Shown here one piece after another: positions 1 through 12,400 of a stretch of DNA of 64,000 nucleotides (positions within the stretch are counted from its first letter, which is position 1; each line of letters opens with the position of its first letter). Origin of the DNA: Eledone cirrhosa (taxonomy: Eukaryota); assembly GCA_964016885.1 (NCBI GenBank), contig OZ024743.1, forward strand, positions 245,334,001 through 245,398,000, given 5' to 3'. The translations under genes and the position numbers were made by a program. The notes beneath the pieces are model-generated. The model was given only the letters and a program-made list of their open reading frames with translations, was not told the origin of the DNA and made no database searches.

Positions 1-39
1 TGGGAAATCCTAATAATCTTTATTATTACACGGTATTAA

Positions 40-408
40 AGGGCGGTGAATTGGCAGTATCGGTGGAGGGCCGGACGCCATGCTTTCCAGCATAGTTACG
101 TCCCTTTACGATCTGAGTTCAAATCCTGCCGAGGTTGACTTTGCCTTTCATCCTTACGGGGTCGATAAAATAAAGTACCAGTAATGCACTGGGTAATTGC
201 TGGCCTTGTGCCTAAAGTAGAAACAATTATTACACGGTAGAGGGTCGGACGCCATGCTTTGACGCATAGAGTTACGGCCCTTATCATTCTGAGTTCAAAT
301 CCGGCCGAGGTTAACTTTGCCTTTCATCCTTACGGGGTCGATAAAATAAAGTACCAGTAATGTACTGGATAATTGCTGGCCTTGTGCCAAAAGTAGAAAC
401 AATTATTA
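40..408 (+). mobile_element. Head-to-tail pair of tRNA-derived SINEs (second copy 5'-truncated)
   Basis: A-box TGGCagtatcGG, B-box GAGTTCAAATCC, core GCCTTTCATCCTTACGGGGTCGATAAAATAAAGTACCAG (resembles the Meta/MESC SINE core), ATT tail. Many near-identical copies occur in the window. Confidence 0.85.
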
Positions 409-2467
409 CACAAAAGATGAAAAAGTTAAAAACTTTGTTTATGATGAAGTTGTTTAGATACAAAAAAAAAAAGCAAAAGTAAAACCAAAACTGAAAAAAA
501 GACCCCCAATAATTAACTGGATGATTTAAAATAAAACATTATACTCGCTACTGATCAAATTTTATCAATATTATGTGTTGTTGAATATACTATTCTGAAG
601 CGAGGTTATTGTTAAATTAAATTTTTTTTTCATTTAAATTGTTAATTACATTATTTATATTTGAGCAACAAGGAATTTTTTTTACTATAATTCATTTCAT
701 AATTTCACCATTGAGTTTTATTTTTTTCAATTTATTTTTCATTCTTTCGGTAATCACAATAATTGATTTCAATTTCTTGAATTCTTTTCCATATTCTGAA
801 CAGTAAGTATTCTCCGAGGGAGAATGAACTGGATTTGTCTATTAATGTAATAAATAATGATATAAGGAAAATGTCCCAGCAAAGCTATTGTTAAATTCAT
901 TTATTATTACTTTTTTTTCATTTGAATTGTTATTTACATTATTTATATTTGAGCGTCAAGGACATTTTTTATTATAATTCATTTCATAATTTTAACATTT
1001 ACTTTTACAATGTTTTCATTCTTTTGGGAATCACATCAACATGCGTGTGTTTATATATATATATATCCCCTTTTATCTGATATAATTTATTATGTGCCTT
1101 CTCTCTTTGCTATGATTTATAATGTGTGTGTATATATATATATACACACACATATATATATATATATATATAAAGAGAGAGAGGGTGGCTATAATATATA
1201 GAGTGGGAGCAATGACATGGAAACGTAGCAAACAAAGCCAACAAGAGATAGAGAGATAGTGAGAGAGTTGTAGAAAGAGATTAGATAGACAGAGAACTAT
1301 AACGTTGCAGTCATTATACTGTGTGTGTACATCTGTTAGAGTGACTGCAATTGACCCTTAATCTCTCTGCCTGTGTGCCTGTCTGTCGTACAGGGAAGGG
1401 CCATGTTGTGGTAACCTGTCTTGCTAGATATGACAGCAAAATAAACTGTAGCTTCTACAACACACACACATTGAGTTGTACCTCTATGTATAACTCTTTC
1501 TGTATCTATTTACCTACCTACCAACCTACATATCTATCTATCTACTTACAAACATATCTATCTATCTGTCTATCTATTTACCTACCTACCTACCTACATA
1601 TCTATCTATCTATCTACCTACCTTCAATTGTTTGTATTTCTTTCCCCCATTCTTCTGGCAACCACAATAATCAATTTCAACTTCTTGAATTCATTTCCAT
1701 ATTCTGAACAGTAAGCCAACTACACAAAGCATTCTCCAAAGGAGATGGACTGAATTTGTCTAGTAATTCTAATAAAACTGAAACATATCTGGAATTGTCA
1801 CCCTTGCCAAAACACATAAATTTAATATTAGTACTTGTGCTAATATTATTCTCCCTCACACAATGTTTATTTCCAATTCTTAATTAATTGAATTTAGATC
1901 ATGTAGTCCAGTGGTTCCCAGATATTTTGGTAGTAAGGTCCCATTTATTTAAATGATTTTTTCCTCCGACTCTAGTCATTTAAAAGGCTTCTCTATTCAA
2001 CGAACTGATGGTCTTCCAAGGGGTTGCTAACTACAGGCAGGAAACTGCTGATGTTGTTAACCATTTGGATTGGGTGGGATTTAGAGTTACCTCCCCTGCC
2101 TTAACTTTATTATCCAATGCTTATTTCTTGTCAATTCAGGTAGAGTTTTGATTAATCAAGGTTTTCTTACCTAAAGCTTACTTTACAACTGAAATAGTCT
2201 CAATACGGAGCTAACATGAAATAGACTTAATTCTATGTAAAAAAAATCCTTGAATTATCCCTAAGAATTGTTTTTCACTTCTATAAAATCTAGGCTTTCC
2301 TCCTTTATTTGTACTATAACAATATTGTATATATTTGACAGCAGTATGTATTTGTTATATAACAGAGATATGTCATACAAAAGTAGACACAATTTAAAAA
2401 AAATTTTTTTTTGGAAATATCACTTTTTAGAACTTTGACCACACTGTAGAAGGGGAAGGTAAGAGAG

Positions 2468-2522
<55 letters not shown>

Positions 2523-3357
2523 AGCGGTGCTGACATTTTTTTTTTTAACTTATGCTGTGCAAAAAATAATTGTCCCCAAATTATAAGTGAGTAAAATATT
2601 CCATTTTGGGGGTTTCAGTAATTTGTTAAATTTATTCAATATATAAGTAATTTAGTTCTCTATATATTATTTGTATGTATAATATAATAAATAAAACATT
2701 TAAAATGCCATATTGATCTTTAATAGTTGGTGGTTGTTTCTAATTAAACTTTAGGATTTCCACAGGGTCAGCTGGTATCTATTTAACATCCATCTTCCAT
2801 GCTTGCATGAGGTAGATGAGTTGTCATGTTATGAATCTAGTCAAGTCAGGTGACCATGACTTGCTCATGCAGATCTATTTTGGGCCTGGGTTTCAATGGC
2901 TGGATGCCCTTCTTAATGCCAACCACATTTACAGTGTACTGGGAGCTTTTCTCATAGCACCACCGCTACCACCTTACAGGGTGAACTGGGCACTTTTTTG
3001 TTGTGGCACCAGCATGACCACCTTACAGAGTGGACTAGGTGCTTTTTTGTTGTGGCACCAGTATGACCACCTTACAGGGTGGACTGAGTGCTTTTTTGTC
3101 ATGGCATTATACGCTAAGCTGACATATGTCATGGATCTGTTCACACAAAACATATTACAGTAATCTAATAGAGATCCACAAGTACAAAACAAACAACATA
3201 TCTCAGAACATGTAGTTGAAAGATGGCCAGAGTAGCAGAGATGATGATGATGATATGATGGTGATGATGATGATTTTGATGGAAAGAACATTGACATTTA
3301 GAGTTCCAGTGTAACTTTCAAAATGTGTCATAAATTGGAGGGAAAAATGAATCTTAC

Positions 3358-3488
3358 TCATGTTCAGCTGTGTGGTCATCGTTTAAAAGAAACTGTCGGA
3401 CTGAGCATCTTTGTTCATCATTGTGCTGTGGGCAACGAAAGCTTCGAGTGCACATTTTCTTGGTGTGTTCAGATATCACCCCACAGCA
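3358..3488 (-). CDS. ATXN7L3: ATXN7L3 exon 9, SCA7 zinc finger ([27 protein letters not shown])
   Basis: Nearly identical to the canonical [21 protein letters not shown] motif. ttctttag acceptor, GTAAGA donor, 131 nt. Confidence 0.96.
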
Positions 3489-6400
3489 CTAAAGAACAGA
3501 AACAACATAATGATGTCGCAAAGAAACAAGGAAACATTTTAGAAGATGAAAGCAAACAGATGAAGGCGTAATGGTGGGAGGTATTTTTTCTTTCTTCAAG
3601 AAATAAAAGAAGTGGGAGAAAATAACATGAAAAAGAAATGAGAGAGTATTATTGAAGTTTTATAAAGACTGATATAACTGAAGAGATGTTGGAAGAGAAA
3701 CATCCAGAGAATGATACAGAGATAGAATCAGAGATGGAATCATTTAAAATCATTTTACAGATGGAAGAGTTATTTTGATACGCAAGGAAGACAAGAGAAT
3801 GTCTGTAGCATTATAAAGGTGAGCATTTGAATGTTGATAGTGGTGAATCCTCACCATATGAGATGTCATCTGGTGTACCACAGGGATCTGTTCTTGGCCC
3901 CCTTTTGTTTGTGGCATATATTGACATAGATGCCAACTTAAAGAATGCGACAGTACTAAAGTACGCAGATGACATCAAGCTGTACCTTGAGATAAAAAGG
4001 ACAGATCCTGAACACTATAGATCTTGCTTGCAGTCTGACCTGGATACAATGCAACAATGGATCTCAGACTGGCAACTCAAGCTAGCTGTGGACAAGTGCA
4101 CCTCCATGCATTTTGGGAGTAAAAACCCAGCGTCCACATACTCCCTCCACAGCACTAATATCAAGAAGTCTTCTTGTGAACGTGACCTGGGCATTACGGT
4201 CAGCAGCGATTTGCGTTGGACGAAGCACGTCTCTAAAATTGTCAAGAGGGCCGAGGGTGTCTTAGCATCACTCAGCAAGACCTTTGTCAGCCGCTCTCCA
4301 GATATCTATTTAAGGCTGTATACAGCTATGGTGCGACCACACTTAGAATTTGCATCACCAGTCTGGAACCCCTATCTTGCTCAGAACATTGACCGCCTGG
4401 AAACTGTTCAGAGACGTGCAACCAAGCGAATACCCTCCATCAGGCATCTACCATACTCTGAACGCCTTGCTTCCCTGGGCATGCATACATTAAAGCTCCG
4501 ACGCCTGGCAACTGACTTGGTAAACACCCACAAAATTGTTAACCATCTTGCCAACAACAACCCTGAGTACCTTTTTGATTTCCATGTGTCTAATACACGT
4601 GGACATGCCCACAAAGTCAGAAAACAGCACAGTTCCCATGACTTTCGGAAACATTTTTTCACGCTTAGAGTTACTGAAGCATGGAACAAACTACCTGCAT
4701 CAGTTGTTAGCTGTCGAGACACTGCATCCTTTAAAACCTCCATGCTTCCCGAGATTTGCCAACACTACACCTAATGTTCCCCCTCCATACACATACACAC
4801 ATATCATGACTCATACACTATTCACTTCCCTGACATTTGTATATTATTCTATGTACTATACATGCACCTTTGATGAGTTGTAGTGCACCTGAGCACTTTA
4901 CACAATAATTTCATTATTATTATTATTATTATTATCAGTATACCATCCTGTTTTACCTATTTCACTGTGTGTATGACCTGTGTGTAACCTATCATATTAG
5001 ACATTTTTGGTATCTCAGCAACTACAGCTGATAGTCAAGCTGTTTTCCTTACCTTCATTTATAGTGGTGAGTATTTGAATGTTTATAGAGATGTGTAATT
5101 GAAGGTTTATAGATACATTATTAAGGTTTATAGAGGTGAGTATTTGAAGATTTATAATGTTGAGTTTCTGCCAGGAGTTGTGATGGGTAGATAGTATCAG
5201 CAATAGAATGACCAAGACCACTGGAAACATTGTTTCCTTGGTCCAATTTGACAAGCTCCACCACACACGGTAAGTAATAAGGTCTGGGATCTTGATGATT
5301 GCTATAATGTTGAACACTTGGAGGTTTATAATATAGAGTGTTTGAGGGTTTATAATGCACAGTATTTGAAGGTTTATAATGTGGAGCATTTGAAGGTTTA
5401 TAATGCAGAGTATTTGAAGGTTTATAATAAGGAGTATTTAAAAGTGGAGCAGGGATAGAAAGATAAAAGAGACTGCTTGAAACATTATGGATATGAGAAT
5501 CTCCCAGTGCTATGGAAGTTCTGAGAATATTTTTGATTATCTCTTACCATCCTGCACTACATAAAACCACATTAGCAAAACATTCTTGGAAAATACAAAA
5601 CAGCACTACAAATGCCTCACTTAAAAATTAAAGTCTTTACTTTATTTTACTGCAAATGTTCACAACAATCTGTCTACTACTAAAGATACTACAAATTTTG
5701 GAACACTATTTGATCTATCAACCATAAAGTGTCTATGTAATCAGACATATAAGAGAAAGAGACAGAGAGAGAGGAGGTATATTAGATGGAGTCATGTCTT
5801 GAGCCTTTTAAACCTGGTGGAGCCCATACCTCTCCAGGACTGAACACAGCCAGTTTTTTTCCAGATAAAGAGAGAGAGAGAGGAAGAACCAGCCCCAGTA
5901 CTGGACTGATGCTTTGCTCATCAACCTCAAAAGGATGAAAGGCAAAGTTAACCATGGCGGGATTTGAACAGAGAGTGCAAAGAGCTAGAATGAATACTGC
6001 AAAGCATTCTATTCAATATTCTAACAACACTGCCAAATTGCCATCTTATTATAGAAGAATATGAGGATTTATAGATGAGATAACATTATTAGAGAGAAAT
6101 ATGAGAATATACTGGAGGAAGGAAAGAAGAAAGAAATAGGACCAACTTTATGTATAATGGAAGAATGTGGTAGAATATGATAGAACATGGTAGAATATAG
6201 CCATGCAGAATAGTACTTACAGATGTTAACAAATTCCGTCTTTCATCTGAAATAAATAAATATAATAATGGAGTTAAACAGGGTAAGAAATTCTTTGGAA
6301 GTTAGAAAGAAGGTGAGATATGAATGAAAGAAAGGAGAGAGAAGTGATGTATGTAAACAAATATAATAAACATGAAAGACCATTTAACCCTGAAACCATT

Positions 6401-9400
6401 TACTGCTTGAAACATCTGATACAAGGTTGTTTATCTTAGAACGGGAGGACAAAGATGACAAGCACAAGGACTGGTGATATGTGGAACTGGAGAAGACATG
6501 ACTACCAGCATCAAAAATGTCACCTGACCCATTCATGCCTCACTTCTACTACTATCGCACCTTAGTAACTATTCTCACCATCACTGTACATCCCACCTCC
6601 TGCTCTATCCAAGATCATTACTACTCCTCTTAAATACAAACATACCAGTCATAACTCCTTGGTAGCTATTATCATCATCATAGTAGCTCTTTATTCTATC
6701 AGAGACCACCACTTCCCTTCCTACATATCAGCCAGTTACATTCCACCACACTGGTCATACACCCATGACATACTTCTCATCCCTCTCCTACTTGCCATAT
6801 ACCTGTCATCCTCCCTACTGTCACTTACCCATAGCATCATACTTATGCTTCTTACCTCTTCCCATCCTATCTCCCTCCAACATAGGATAGAGATGGCTCT
6901 TCAGTTGAGTTAATGATCAACAAGCTCCCTAGTGCTGATACCATGATAAAACACAGCCAGTATACTCCGTAAAATGGCTGGTATTAAGAAAGGCCTCCAG
7001 CCATAGAAACAATACTAAAAGGGTTGTGAGGACCCTTCAGTTACAGCACAACAACCTCTCTAGTGCTGGTGCCACAAAAAATGCACTCAGTACCCTTTAA
7101 GGTGGTTGATGATCAGAAGGGCATCTAGCGATAGAAAACTTGCCAAACAAAGGGTTGAGAGGACCTTCAGTTATGTCCAAGATATGACAACCTCCCTTGT
7201 GCTGGTGCCATGATAAAATGCACTCAGCACACTCTGAAGAATTCAAGAATCTATGTAAGTGAGATGCAGCCCCCAGCCTATCTGAGTGGCCGATTAAGTA
7301 CAGGCTTGGCCTGTGACAAGCTGTCCAAACATTGCTAAAAAGGAAAATGAACATTAAAAGATGATATATATAATATATAGTTTTCATCTAGCTAACTTAT
7401 TTACAAGGCATTACTTGACCTAGAGCTATAGTTAAAGACTCTTATTCAAGGTGCCACACAGTAGGATTGAACCTGAAACTGTGTGGTTCTGAAGTCAACA
7501 CAGCTATGCCTGCTTGCACCATAAATATAAATATAAAATATGAAACAAGTATTTGATTAATCTAGCATTCCAAAGAATTAATGTTAAATTATCATAAATT
7601 TTTACAATTGGATACCCTTCCTAGTACCAACTCTTTTAATTGCCTCTTACAACATACAGGTATATTACGTACTTATTCTAAATTGGATTCATGGCATAAA
7701 TAATTACTGTATTTACTCGAATATATGCCAAGGAATATGTAACCAAAAAAATCGATGGTAAGATGGGGCAATCGGCTTATATTCAATATTTTGATGATTT
7801 TCAACAACTTCAAATTCTATGTAAATAAGGTGCTAAAATATCTGGAGTTTACAATGAAACACTGTTTTTCTACATTTACTATATTGTCATAAGTTTATTT
7901 ATGCATTGCCTTGAGAACATTCCCAACAGTTATTTTATTATTTGAACTTTTTAATATATAAATATCCCCTACACATATACACATACACACTCACATGTAC
8001 GGCGACTGCTTTCTCTGTGACTTAATTATACTTTTACGTTCAATCTTGTTTTATTTCACTCTGTCTCTCTCTCTTCTCACCCTCGCTTTTTCTTGCTCTG
8101 CTTCTCTCTCTCTCTCACTTGTTGTCTCTTCCTCACCCTTCTACTCTGAATCCTTATACAGTGTTCTCTTAGTTGATCTCTTTCAACTATTCCCTATTCA
8201 TTTCGATCTCCCTCTAGTGTTTTTAATGATCTTCATAACAGCTAAAGAAAATCTTTTTTTGTAAGTAATACTGTCATTACGCAGTTGATTTGTAAAATAA
8301 GAACTATACTCTAAACCATATTTAAAACATTTTAAATATCAAAATATTAAAACTTCGTAAATATTTTCTCCACTCATGAGAATTTCAAATCAGTGTCATA
8401 ATGTGTCGATTAGCTGTCTCAGCTTATAAATGGAGTTTAGATTTTTGCCCATTTCTCAGACAAAATAGTGGGGGTTGGCTTATATTTGAGTTGGTTTATA
8501 TTCAAGTATATACGGTATGTAAAATAATATATTTTATGGATTTACTTCAAAGAAAAGTAAAATCTGGTTGTAATATGTTTACTTACCAAGGGACATATTT
8601 TCATAATTCGTGACACTATCAGGGGATGCTTCTCCTAAAGAAATCAATAACAATAAAAAAAACATCAATTAGCTCTCAGTTAGTAAATAAAAGCATAAAT
8701 AATACATCATTATAACACCCACAGTGAGAAACAGACTGGATTTTTCACTGCTCAGCTAAGGTGATACAGAAGCAAGTTTTCTCAGCTCAGCTAAAGCAAC
8801 ACTAACTGATTGCTGAGGGCGAAAGGTATGTTTTCAATGCCCAGTTAAGGTGATACACACTGCTGCGGAACAGAAGCATGTTTACTCTGCTCAGCTAAAG
8901 CAACACTAACTGATTGCTGAGGGCGAAAGGTATGTTTTCAATGCCCAGTTAAGGTGATACACACTGCTGCGGAACAGAAGCATGTTTACTCTGCTCAGCT
9001 AAAGCAACACTGGCTAACTGATTGCTGAGAGCCAGAAGTATGTTTTCACTGTTCAGCTAAGGTGCATTCCGTTTCCATTTCAGTTTTTAATATTTTCTCA
9101 ACTGTTTTGTTTTTTTACCCAACCTAGTAGTTCATCAGGTATTACCCAAATGTTCATATCGCTGGTCTGCCTCTGCTCATAGCATTGACTGATCTGAGAG
9201 TATAGCATCTTCCTCCTCCTCCATATTCAGCAATAAGGTCAGCTGTATTATTTGAGTCTCAGAGTACCAGACTGAAGAAGTGTTATACGTTCCTCAGTAT
9301 ATATTGTGTAGGTAGTACGGTGAAATACTGGTGTTGGTACTGAATCAAGCATTCTATGCACAGACAGAGTGAATATAATAGAAAAGGCGAGGAAGTTTTG

Positions 9401-12400
9401 TGCATTTCGCAGAGGATTGACTCAAGGTGACCCATAGTAGCTATGGACCTGACTCCAGTATCGATCTGCTCCTCAGACTGGTGATGTGACAAAAATATAT
9501 CGATGGAACAAAATATATGGACATGCCTACAAGATAAGACATTTTTTCACGCTCAGAGTTGCTGAAGCATGGAACAAACTGCCTGCGTCAATTGTTAGCT
9601 GCCGAGACACTGCATCCTTTAAGACACTCATGCTTCCCGAAATACGCCAAAACTACACCTGATGTACCCCTTCCATACACATGCACACATGTGTGTATCA
9701 TGACTCGTGCACTGTTCATTTTACTGATGTTTGTGCATTGCCCTATGTACTGTACATGCACTTTTTTGATGAGTTGTGGTGCACCTGGGCACTGTACACA
9801 ATGTTTCATTATTGTTATTGTTATTATATCATGACTCATACACTGTTCATTTTCCTGACATTTGTACATTATTCTATGTACTATACATGCACCTTTGATG
9901 AGTTGTAGTGCACCTGAGCACTGTACACAATAATTTCATTATTATTATTATATATCACCAGTCTTCTGAGGAGCAGATCGATACTGGAGTTGAGTCCATA
10001 ACTCTTATGGGTCACCTTCAGATAATCCTCTGTGAAACATAACAGGTCGATACGCAATAAATATTTTTCATATGTAAATGAAACTTCCTCGTTTTTTCTA
10101 TTATATATATATATATATATATATGAGGGGGGGTGATGGTTAAGTTAGCGTTTCTTGCTAGCCATTCATGTGGACCTCAACAACCCAGCCAATGTCCTGG
10201 AAATTGGACATCAAGTCACTCACAGACAGTGCACGCAAAATGAAGAGGGAGCCCCCATCTTGCAGGAATAAGGTCATTGTTGTTTTAGCAAGTGGTCACA
10301 GTAGGCCAAAAGTTATAAGTATTTTTCAATAGGAAGTTTCTTTCCACCCACCCTGTATATTACTAGTCATCTTTGAAAATAAAAAAATAACCAACAATAA
10401 CAACAGCTCCTAGTAGATGATGTCATTGTTTTATGTGAGAGGTTCATAAATTCAGCTGAGAGGAAAAGACAGAGAGAAACATGGAGAGGGGCAGATATAG
10501 GTAAAAGAAAAGAAAGAGAGCAAGAGGGAAAAGTAGAGTGAAAGAGTGAGAAAGAGAGAGACAAAGAGGATAAGTAGAGTGGAAAGAGTTAGATAGAATG
10601 AGAGAGGGGGATGAAGTAGAAGAGAGATAAACAAGAGAAAGTATAGAAATAGTTAATATATAGAGAGATAAAGGGAGCAGTGAAATGAAAGAGTTAGATA
10701 AAAAGAGTGAGGAGACGTAGAGAGAAAGAGAGAGAGACTGACCATTTTTCGTTTTACTGTTTTTTGTCTTTCTTGTAGGACCATTATTTGTAGAACTTTT
10801 CTCTTTTTTGTTTTTCTTTCCTGAAATAGTCAAAACAGAAAAATCTCACTGAAGGTCTGGATTTTACACAACCACAACATTGACTAAACAGCCTCTACTT
10901 CACAACTGACTGACTACAGCCTCTACTTCACAACTGACTGACTACAGCCTCTACTTCACAACTGACTGACTACAGCCTCTACTTCACAACTGACTGACTA
11001 CAGCCTCCACTTCACAACTGACTGACTACAGCCTCTACTTCACAACTGACTGACTACAGCCTCTACTTCACAACTGACTGACTACAGCATCTACTCCACA
11101 ACTGACTGACTACAGCCTCCACTTCACAACTGACTGACTACAGCCTCTACTTCACAACTGACTGACTACAGCCTATACTTCACAACTGACTGACTACAGC
11201 CTCCACTTCACAACTGACTGACTACAGCCTCTACTTCACAACTGACTGACTACAGCCTCTACTTCACAACTGACTGACTACAGCCTCTACTTCACAACTG
11301 ACTGACTACAGCCTCTACTTCACAACTGACTGACTACAGCCTCCACTTCACAACTGACTGACTACAGCCTCTACTTCACAACTGACTGACTACAGCCTCT
11401 ACTTCACAACTGACTGACTACAGCCTCCACTTCACAACTGACTGACTACAGCCTCTACTTCACAACTGACTGACTACAGCCTCTACTTCACAACTGACTG
11501 ACTACAGCATCTACTCCACAACTGACTGACTACAGCCTCCACTTCACAACTGACTGACTACAGCCTCTACTTCACAACTGACTGACTACAGCCTATACTT
11601 CACAACTGACTGACTACAGCCTCCACTTCACAACTGACTGACTACAGCCTCTACTTCACAACTGACTGACTACAGCCTCTACTTCACAACTGACTGACTA
11701 CAGCCTCTACTTCACAACTGACTGACTACAGCCTCTACTTCACAACTGACTGACTACAGCCTCCACTTCACAACTGACTGACTACAGCCTCTACTTCACA
11801 ACTGACTGACTACAGCCTCTACTTCACAACTGACTGACTACAGCATCTACTTCACAACTGACTGACTACAGCATCTACTTCACAACTGACTGACTACAGC
11901 CTCTACTTCACAACTGACTGACTACAGCATCTACTTCACAACTGACTGACTACAGCATCTACTTCACAACTGACTGACTACAGCATCTACTTCACAACTG
12001 ACTGACTACAGCCTCTACTTCACAACTGACTGACTACAGCCTCCACTTCACAACTGACTGACTACAGCCTCCACTTCACAACTGACTGACTACAGCCTCT
12101 ACTTCACAACTGACTGACTACAGCCTCTACTTCACAACTGACTGACTACAGCCTCTACTTCACAACTGACTGACTACAGCCTCTACTTCACAACTGACTG
12201 ACTACAGCCTCTACTTCACAACTGACTGACTACAGCCTCCACTTCACTCCACTCCTTGTGCATCCGTAGTTTATACTTACTATAAAATATGTTATTTTTA
12301 ACTAATCCCTTTCTGCATATCAAGCATGACTACTTTCCAGATGGCAGTAGAGTTCTGTCTTCTTTTCTACTAGATTTTCATTAGATTTACATAAAGCCTC

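Noticed and set aside
40-130. tRNA genes at A-box/B-box motifs
   Set aside because: These are SINE heads with no cloverleaf, followed by SINE core and tail.
96-287. Apparent small-protein family (also 29123-29344 and 48474-48665)
   Set aside because: These are antisense translations of the same SINE.
1980-2035. Possible terminal ATXN7L3 exon giving an immediate stop (EHD*)
   Set aside because: An acceptor-like sequence exists, but orthologues extend well beyond the SCA7 domain and there is no supporting similarity.
10889-12246. CRISPR-like array of 28-bp repeats
   Set aside because: The repeats are contiguous with no unique spacers, there are no cas genes, and the context is a eukaryotic intron.
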